Source: an uncultured Ignavibacteria bacterium
Lineage (GTDB): Bacteria; Zixibacteria; MSB-5A5; CAIYYT01
Direction of reading: 5' to 3'
Assembly (NCBI GenBank): GCA_964584025.1
Contig: CAZOYE010000001.1
Coordinates: 138,401 to 202,400 of the forward strand
Length of the DNA: 64,000 bases
Shown here in pieces: positions 47,425 through 53,985 of the stretch (the stretch's first letter is position 1; every line of letters begins with the position of its first letter). The notes below the pieces were generated by a model. That model was not told the origin of the DNA, made no database searches, and was given only the letters and a program-made list of their open reading frames with translations. Position numbers and translations under genes: made by a program.

Positions 47425-48582
47425 CTAAGCACGAGATTTCCCGGGCTTATCTGGCTGTTCAGGCAGTGAGAGAATGGGCTGACCGACTAGCTTCAGGAAT
47501 TGCATGTTTGCGGCAGCGCTGCGTATCAAACTGACCGCATCGATTGTAGCTTGGTCGATTGGGCCATCTTCTTGTTGAGAATCTATCGACTCTACCCTCA
47601 CTTCGATGTTGAACCCGCGGTCGATTCGATTAGCAAGTTTGAAGAGGGAAATTCTCACTGCATTTCTAAGCTCATTCAGTCGGGGGGCATTTTTCTTCTC
47701 GTGATACTTTGTCATTATTTCATCAGCAATGCTATCAATTCCATTTGCCATTAGGTTGTTTGCGTGGTCCTCGATTCCCTTTGCGTTTTCTTCAGGAACG
47801 CCTTTAGATTTCAATTCAGAGTGTAGCTTTCTGATTTCAAGGAGATTCTTGTACAAAGCGACTATTCTCTCAATTGCCAACGCAACACAAGCTGCGTAGG
47901 GTGCAAGCGCCTGCAAGTACACAAGCAATTCACTCGAAGATATCGCCCTAATCTTCAGATCGTCTTTCTTGCCCGTAACGACTTCCGAAAACGTATTCAA
48001 GATGAAGCTCAAGTGCTCTAATTCACCGCACAATCCGTCAAGCTGGTTGTTTACCTCACGCCTAGGAATCAACAACCCGATCTCACATTGCCCCGGTTCT
48101 AGTTTCTCATTCCCAATCCTGAAGTGCCGAAGAGAAAAAATGCACTGCTCAGTAGCCTTCTTGAACTCCTGTAGCTCTTTGAGTATCATCTGAAGCTCGT
48201 CGGCAGCCACCGCCGGCATGATTTGCCTAGACTCAATTATCGCCGTAACTTTCGCTCTTAGGGCGTTGCCGAAGAGCTCCGCGCCTCCAATCTCGTCAAG
48301 AATCAGTCTCCAGCCTGGACTGAAGTTATTGCTTTCCGCTTCGTTCAGCGCAGAGAAAAGGGAACTCAGATTTTGGGTTAGTCTCTGTTGCTGTGACGGA
48401 TCTCCACCCGTCATTGCTTTTAGAGCATTAACGACCTCTTGAAGTCTGTTTACGATTCCCCGGGTGTCGATTTCGTGCTTGAGAGCGCTAACAATTGCGT
48501 GAAGTCTTTCTGCATTCAATTCAGTTTCCCTCCTATCGCTGGTTACTATCGGATAAGCAGGCGCATCGCCGTCGTGAATCAC
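47425..48582 (-). CDS. Orphan hypothetical protein, predicted largely alpha-helical and soluble (A+T-rich islet gene 2)
   Basis: ORF track (GTG 48582). An alternative TTG at 48509 has a strong AGGAGG 9 nt upstream. I recognise no family motif, P-loop or catalytic signature. Composition is clearly more A+T-rich than the neighbours. Confidence 0.6.
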   Translation of the reverse strand: MIHDGDAPAYPIVTSDRRETELNAERLHAIVSALKHEIDTRGIVNRLQEVVNALKAMTGGDPSQQQRLTQNLSSLFSALNEAESNNFSPGWRLILDEIGGAELFGNALRAKVTAIIESRQIMPAVAADELQMILKELQEFKKATEQCIFSLRHFRIGNEKLEPGQCEIGLLIPRREVNNQLDGLCGELEHLSFILNTFSEVVTGKKDDLKIRAISSSELLVYLQALAPYAACVALAIERIVALYKNLLEIRKLHSELKSKGVPEENAKGIEDHANNLMANGIDSIADEIMTKYHEKKNAPRLNELRNAVRISLFKLANRIDRGFNIEVRVESIDSQQEDGPIDQATIDAVSLIRSAAANMQFLKLVGQPILSLPEQPDKPGKSRA

Positions 48583-48635
48583 TCGTGTTGCAGGCTGATG
48601 ACTAAGTGAGTCGAAGCTAAGTAGCGAACTTCCAA

Positions 48636-49310
48636 TTAGTTCTCAATCTTTGCTGTGCGAATCGTGCCACGGTGCCAAAACCCTCCTCGATATGTTCTGC
48701 CCAGAAAGGCTATTCCTAAACATGTTAGAACTGAGAGTGAAGTGATTGCGACGTAATACCAATTCACGGGAAGAGACCAGTCAAAGCTTGGCAAGGCATA
48801 GAACAGAAGGATACACCACATGATGGTAACAAACAGACTTATGAGTTGATTAATCTTCGACACTGAGAATGGCGTCGGCCCACCCAACAAATGCAGACCC
48901 CGTTCTTTCAATGAAGTAGGGCGACTTCGCTCCAATACTACTTTATAAAGTGGGCCTTGGACTGGATCTTCGAGCATGTCTACGTGGTACTCCCAATTTT
49001 CCTGCCAGAACTTACTTCCTCGATTTGCGCACAGCCAGCCAAAAGAGAATACGACTCCCAAGCAGCACAGCAACACGGACAGATCATTCTTCTTATCAGA
49101 TTGAGAAGCTTGAACTGCAATGAATCCAGCGAGTGCTGCCGCGATAAATGTCCAGAAATAGCTGGCACGCCTCCAGTACAACTCGATCTCGAACTTTCGT
49201 ATGTCCAATGCACGACTAAGAGCTCTGGCGTTTATCGACTGGTCGCAAGAAGGATCACCCTGAACAAACTTCGACCGATAATCACCATCCGAGAATTCTG
49301 TTGTAGGCAT
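48636..49310 (-). CDS. Orphan 4-TM membrane protein (A+T-rich islet gene 1)
   Basis: ORF track; ATG 49310 with GAGGGTGG upstream. A cytoplasmic N-terminus is followed by YFWTFIAAALAGFIAVQA, LSVLLCCLGVVFSFGWLCA, LISLFVTIMWCILLFYALP and WYYVAITSLSVLTCLGIAFLG. I cannot make a confident family assignment. Confidence 0.65.
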   Translation of the reverse strand: MPTTEFSDGDYRSKFVQGDPSCDQSINARALSRALDIRKFEIELYWRRASYFWTFIAAALAGFIAVQASQSDKKNDLSVLLCCLGVVFSFGWLCANRGSKFWQENWEYHVDMLEDPVQGPLYKVVLERSRPTSLKERGLHLLGGPTPFSVSKINQLISLFVTIMWCILLFYALPSFDWSLPVNWYYVAITSLSVLTCLGIAFLGRTYRGGFWHRGTIRTAKIEN

Positions 49311-49410
49311 GCTTAACCACCCTCATTGATTGGACGACTCCCCATTGACACCATAATGTCGCATGCAAGCTCCCCGCTGTCAACCCCCTTCATGTCCACA
49401 TTTATTCCCC

Positions 49411-49827
49411 CTATCGACAATACTCCGGCGCTGGTCCTGACGAGAAGATGTAAGTAATCAAGAATACCGCATCCGAGATCGTGATCATGCCGGAGCAGTC
49501 GGCGTCGGCGGCTTGAAGATTCGACGGCGCAGGACCGCCGCCGAAAATGTAGGCGATCAGAAAGACCGCATCCGAGATATTCACGAAGCCGTTGCCGTCC
49601 ACATCGCCCGCGGCGTAGTTGCGCAATCCCTGGTCGGCAAGAAATCCGGAAACGACGCGGCCGGAGAACCCCGCGACGTTCTGGCCGATGATCGAATCAA
49701 GCCGCAGTGCCCCTGAGGCAGCGCGGCCGGAACCGGCGGCGCCTGCCTGGTGACGCGAAGCGGCGGTGAGAGAGACGGCTGAAAGGGCAGCGAGCAGCAG
49801 CGCAATGATGACAGTCTTCATGGTCAA
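49411..49827 (-). CDS. Small secreted protein consisting of a signal peptide, a short linker and the twin dockerin-like module
   Basis: ORF track. The signal peptide MTMKTVIIALLLAALSAVSLTAA and a roughly 50-aa Gly/Ala/Ser-rich linker precede the tag GDVDGNGFVNISDAVFLIAYIFGGGPAPSNLQAADADCSGMITISDAVFLITYIFSSGPAPEYCR. The start overlaps the upstream stop by 4 nt. Confidence 0.7.
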   Translation of the reverse strand: MTMKTVIIALLLAALSAVSLTAASRHQAGAAGSGRAASGALRLDSIIGQNVAGFSGRVVSGFLADQGLRNYAAGDVDGNGFVNISDAVFLIAYIFGGGPAPSNLQAADADCSGMITISDAVFLITYIFSSGPAPEYCR

Positions 49828-51452
49828 TACTGCGTTCGAATGTATACCACCTGCAGCGCACCGTTACTGAAATCCACCACACCCGCAGAGAGCGCTGTCG
49901 AGCGGACGTTGCCGTAAATCGTAATCGTAGCGGCCGAAGCGACCGGGATGACATCCGAAATCGAAATCACCGTATTCATGCCGACGCTGGCGGTCGGTGA
50001 AGAGATGCGCGCCTCCCCGTAACGGCCGAATCCGGAAGGTGTCGTCGAAATCGACATCTGCGCGATCTCGTTGCCGCCGAGGTTGGCCGTGCCGTTCATG
50101 AATACCAGCAGGAATCCCGCAGCCGGAGCGTCGATCGTCGCTGTCATCCAGGTGACGACGGTCGTGCTTACCGAAACCAGCGTGCCGCCGGTCGTGAAGG
50201 CCAAGCCGGGTTCGTCCGAGGTCTTGGTGGCGTCGATGATGTTGTTCACGATATGGCGTTCGATGATCGAGTTGCTAGCGATATCCGCGCCGGTAAGCGA
50301 CTCGTCGACCACTGTGCTGCCGCTCACCGAATTGGCAGCCAGGTCGGCGCCGGTGATGGTGCCGTCGGAAATATGATAGCCGGCGAGCTGCGCGGGACCG
50401 ACATCATTGAAACCGATCGAGGCATTCTTGATGTCGACGCCCTGAATCGTCTCGTCGGTAATCATCGCGCTGGTGATCGCCAGTCCGGAGAGATGTACTG
50501 ACTCGATCGATGCCGGGGCAATCTTGGCGCCGGTGATAGTCGAGTCTTCGAGATCGACGGCGGTCAATGTGCCGTCGGTAATGTTGGCGCCGGTGAAGGC
50601 GGAAGAGGCCAGGTGCTCGGCGGCGATCGTGCCGGAAGCGATCTTCTGCCCCGTAATTGTCGAGTCCTGCAGGTCGGCGGCCTGAAGCGAGCCATCGGCG
50701 ACGCCGGTCGAATTGACCGCGCCGGAACTGATGTGGCGCGAGGCAATCACGGAATCGGGCAGCTTGGGATCAGTGACGGAGGCGTCAGCAATCTTTCCTG
50801 ATGTCACCGCACCGTCGGCGATCTTTGTTGAAGCAACGCTGCCATCAGCGAGATCGGCGGTTGAAATGCCGCCATCGGAAATCTCAGAAGAGTCTACTTC
50901 AACAGCCGGTAAGCGCTCGGGAGCAATTACACCAGTCGCAATCTCGGAGGCGTCCAGAGTGAAGGGCCGATGCGCCATCGGATCGTTTTCGTGCGTAGAA
51001 ATCTTTTCGTCAACCAGCGCGCTGTCGGCGTAGTGCGAAGCCGGAAAGCCTTCCAGGGCGAGCGCGTTGCCGGCGATAAAAGAAAACACCGCCGAACCGA
51101 TCATGTGGCGCGGCGAAAATTCCGGTTCGCTTTCGAAGGCAATGCCGAGCCAGAGCGGCGAGTGATTAAATAGCGCCGGCGAAAACGGCACCACCGAACC
51201 GAGATAAGCATGCATTAAGCCGTCCGTTAATGTCACGACTTGTGTCTCGGTCCAGAGGGCGGCGCCGAAGGTTGAATCGTTGTAGATTGAAAAGGTAATG
51301 CTGTAGCTGCCGTCGGCGTAGGGCGCGCCGGTTGAGTCTTTGAGACTTCCCTGATAACTCAACACGGGATTGATCGCGGCCGCGACGGGGCTGGCCGGAA
51401 CGCAGAGATTAGCGATGATCAAACATAGAGCGCCGATAACAAACGATCTCAA
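49824..51452 (-). CDS. Secreted fibre/adhesin-like protein with about 21 tandem decapeptide repeats
   Basis: ORF track; TTG start with GGAGG 4 nt upstream. The signal peptide is MRSFVIGALCLIIANLCVPASPVAAA, and the N-domain reads LSYQGSLKDSTGAPYADGSYSITFSIYNDSTFGAALWTETQVVTLTDGLMHAYLG. The decapeptide units run DGSVASTKIA DGAVTSGKIA DASVTDPKLP ... DGTITGADLA, and the protein ends in a globular C-domain. Confidence 0.75.
   Translation of the reverse strand: MRSFVIGALCLIIANLCVPASPVAAAINPVLSYQGSLKDSTGAPYADGSYSITFSIYNDSTFGAALWTETQVVTLTDGLMHAYLGSVVPFSPALFNHSPLWLGIAFESEPEFSPRHMIGSAVFSFIAGNALALEGFPASHYADSALVDEKISTHENDPMAHRPFTLDASEIATGVIAPERLPAVEVDSSEISDGGISTADLADGSVASTKIADGAVTSGKIADASVTDPKLPDSVIASRHISSGAVNSTGVADGSLQAADLQDSTITGQKIASGTIAAEHLASSAFTGANITDGTLTAVDLEDSTITGAKIAPASIESVHLSGLAITSAMITDETIQGVDIKNASIGFNDVGPAQLAGYHISDGTITGADLAANSVSGSTVVDESLTGADIASNSIIERHIVNNIIDATKTSDEPGLAFTTGGTLVSVSTTVVTWMTATIDAPAAGFLLVFMNGTANLGGNEIAQMSISTTPSGFGRYGEARISSPTASVGMNTVISISDVIPVASAATITIYGNVRSTALSAGVVDFSNGALQVVYIRTQY
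50217..50960 (-). repeat. Intragenic 30-nt (decapeptide) tandem repeat array, degenerate, about 21-24 units
   Basis: A period-10 pattern, D/S-G/S-x-[IV]-x-x-x-x-[IL]-x, is read from the translated protein at about aa 165-412. It explains the cluster of spurious overlapping ORFs listed between 50071 and 51033 on both strands. Confidence 0.7.
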
Positions 51453-51786
51453 TGTGACCTCCGAGAGGAAGAGGTGGTGTAGCTGTAAAGACCTTGAAGA
51501 CCTGGTAAGCTAATATACTACGAAGCGGCGATTTTCCAAGGGGTTTGTGGGGTGGACGACCGCCACAGGTCCTGTAGCGGCGGGGCTTGTCCCCGCCTCG
51601 CTTAGACTCGCCTGTACGATAATCGCTTGATTTGCAGTACCTTCGGAAGGAGCGCGCGCCACCGTTTGCCTCGACGCACAATCAGAATCGCCGCTTCCCG
51701 GTCGAATCCAGTAGTGTGACTTGCCCGAATTCACAATTCGCAAGCCCTGCTCGTCACTAAAGTGGAAAAGAAATTCAAGATTTCCC

Positions 51787-51821
51787 TTGACAGGATTGGT
51801 AGGGGGGGGGGGGGCTATCTT
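51787..51821 (+). promoter_or_regulatory. Candidate promoter TTGACA-N23-TATCTT whose spacer contains a G13 tract
   Basis: TTGACA lies at 51787-51792, the G run at 51802-51814 and TATCTT at 51816-51821, about 70-80 nt upstream of the first start codon (51890/51899) of the + strand operon. At the assembled tract length the spacer is 6 nt longer than the 17-nt optimum. Confidence 0.35.
51802..51814. repeat. Homopolymeric G13 tract
   Basis: Counted directly: a-ggggggggg (51802-51810) plus gggg (51811-51814). It is the longest homopolymer I noticed in the window. Confidence 0.95.
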
Positions 51822-51898
51822 GCGCCAACAACATCGGAGGGCTCGATGCAAAGGGAAACGAAGTTCAAGAAAACCGAACGCCAAAGACGGTGGGGCAG

Positions 51899-53038
51899 AT
51901 GAATAATCGGCTGGTGTACACATTGCTGGTTCTCACCGTCGCCTTTTCGATTCTTCTTCTTCCCGGTTGTGAGTACTTGGATGACGTAATCGCCCTAGCG
52001 GGTCTCATCTACGTTATTCTGGACAATACTTCAGAAGATCGACCGGGTGATGAGCAGAAAACTGAGGATCCTGATATCGAAGTCGAAGAGGAGGCACCTT
52101 GTCAGTGCAGCGGCGAAGGCGGGTTAGCGCGAATCACTATCAGGGCGGGAACTAGTCTCACGCCGAATCCGCAATACTGTTTTATCAGACTCAGAGGCGG
52201 AGTGAATTGGGTCAGCGCACCCCAGGCGTTCGGTCCAGGAGCGAACATTCTTGAATTCTCGAACATGCCAACAATCGATGCTGACTGCGAATTACTTGCG
52301 TGCGTGACAGCGGATTACGCCATTGCGGCAAGTGGCAACTCCGACGCCGTCGCTTTTTTGTCGAAATCATACATTTCCGGTATCATTGCGGCGGAATGGA
52401 AGTCGACAAACATCGAGTACGATTGTATGAGTGGATATGACATCCAGGGTGGGGTCAATGCACAGGGTTGTTCCGAGCTTCAGATCTATGTCGAGATGAA
52501 ATATCGCTCGGCCAAGATCTGTCCGATCGTAGAACCTGACGAGATCAATATTCCACCGCAAATTTACACCTCATGGGAAAGCTTACATCTGTTCATCCTG
52601 GAGCATTGGGAACTGAAGTTTGATCAGTACAAAGATGATCCTTCGTGGGCATTTGATTTCGGAGTAATGGCAATTCAAACATGTGCCAATCGTCAGTCAT
52701 ATCCCTACCCACTCGAAGACGATGCGATTGGCTGGACATTGAGCTATCCTGGCCAGTCAAACGGAAAACGCGGAGCGGCGACGCTCATCTTCGTTCAAGA
52801 TGTTCGGAATCTAATTGCCGATGCAGACGAATTGGAGGCGTGTCACTGGGACGTAGCACATGAATTTGGGCACTTGATAGGCGGAGTTTCTGACTATACA
52901 GCGTGTCCCAATTGCCACAGCAGTGGAAACTGCCTCATGAATAACATCTCTTTTGACCAATACTACCGGCTGGTAGATCAGACGAACCGCTTCTGCGGAA
53001 GATGTAACTCAAACCTCAAAGCTCATTCATGGTTATGA
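51899..53038 (+). CDS. Lipoprotein with C-terminal archaemetzincin-like (HExxH + Cys4) metallopeptidase motif
   Basis: ORF track 51890..53038; ATG 51899 gives MNNRLVYTLLVLTVAFSILLLPGCEY (lipobox LPGC). The C-terminal region HEFGHLIGGVSDYTACPNCHSSGNCLMNNISFDQYYRLVDQTNRFCGRC has the pattern HExxHxxG ... C-x2-C-x5-C-x-M-x18-C-x2-C. This is close to the published archaemetzincin (M54) signature. Confidence 0.65.
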   Translation: MNNRLVYTLLVLTVAFSILLLPGCEYLDDVIALAGLIYVILDNTSEDRPGDEQKTEDPDIEVEEEAPCQCSGEGGLARITIRAGTSLTPNPQYCFIRLRGGVNWVSAPQAFGPGANILEFSNMPTIDADCELLACVTADYAIAASGNSDAVAFLSKSYISGIIAAEWKSTNIEYDCMSGYDIQGGVNAQGCSELQIYVEMKYRSAKICPIVEPDEINIPPQIYTSWESLHLFILEHWELKFDQYKDDPSWAFDFGVMAIQTCANRQSYPYPLEDDAIGWTLSYPGQSNGKRGAATLIFVQDVRNLIADADELEACHWDVAHEFGHLIGGVSDYTACPNCHSSGNCLMNNISFDQYYRLVDQTNRFCGRCNSNLKAHSWL

Positions 53039-53052
53039 TGGTAGAGAGGAGG

Positions 53053-53985
53053 ATGAAGATCATGAGCTGGTTCTTACAGACTCGGACAGCCCGGATCGTA
53101 TCTGCAGCCGCCGTAAATCTGCTTCTGCTGCTTGCACCGTCCACTCTTTTCGGTAATTCTGAAGAGAATTCGCTTCGTGACCTGTACATCAACTTCCGAG
53201 CCGAGAAGACCGTGTTGATGACAGCTGAGCCGATCTTCTTTACCGGAGAATGCGAAAATCGAGGCAATTCTGAAATAAGGTACAGATACGATGACTTGTG
53301 GAAGATTCGTATTGTCGATGCCGACGGCAACGAAATGCCCTTTCGGGGCAGAGAGATAATCAAACACTACACCCCCAAGTACGACCAAGCGGGCAGCCTC
53401 ATAGACACTCGTCTGCGACTGTTTCCTGGCAACAGCGGCCCACTCGGTGAAAAGTGTATTAGCGACGAGTTCGGCAATGGACAAGGTGGCTTCGATCTTT
53501 ATCTTCCGCCAGGAGAATACCGGGTCTTTCACAAGATCTGTCCGTCCGACACTATCCTTCTGACAGTAAAGGACCCAGTAGATTCGCTCGAGTACATCGC
53601 TATGCGAGAGCTGACATCGGCGATCGACAGCACTTATCGCCGGCTCGGTCGGTCATCGCAGCGATTGAAGTTCTACGAAGAGTTCTATGAGGAATTCCGG
53701 AACACTATCTACGCTCCCCGTGCTTTGCGAAACCTTATAAGTATTTCACCCATAGAAGTGCCCGAATACAGCGAGTCCAAACGTCAACACTACGTACGTG
53801 AATTGATCACTCGCTTTCCAGAGTCTCAGTTCAATTTCAACGCAATGATCAACTTGAAAATAGAGTACGTGCCCGCAGCCGCCCGCCTGAGCTTTGCCCA
53901 GGCGCTCAGAACCCTGAGGAAACACTTGATCAATCTGGCTCAGCGAGACGAAGCCGAGCAATATGCCCGCGAGCTTGAGAAGTGA
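53053..53985 (+). CDS. Secreted hypothetical protein (beta-rich N-half, helical C-half)
   Basis: ORF track 53029..53985. Likely starts are ATG 53053 or 53062 (MKIMSWFLQTRTARIVSAAAVNLLLLLAPSTLFG signal peptide), after GGAGG. I recognise no family motif. Confidence 0.6.
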   Translation: MKIMSWFLQTRTARIVSAAAVNLLLLLAPSTLFGNSEENSLRDLYINFRAEKTVLMTAEPIFFTGECENRGNSEIRYRYDDLWKIRIVDADGNEMPFRGREIIKHYTPKYDQAGSLIDTRLRLFPGNSGPLGEKCISDEFGNGQGGFDLYLPPGEYRVFHKICPSDTILLTVKDPVDSLEYIAMRELTSAIDSTYRRLGRSSQRLKFYEEFYEEFRNTIYAPRALRNLISISPIEVPEYSESKRQHYVRELITRFPESQFNFNAMINLKIEYVPAAARLSFAQALRTLRKHLINLAQRDEAEQYARELEK

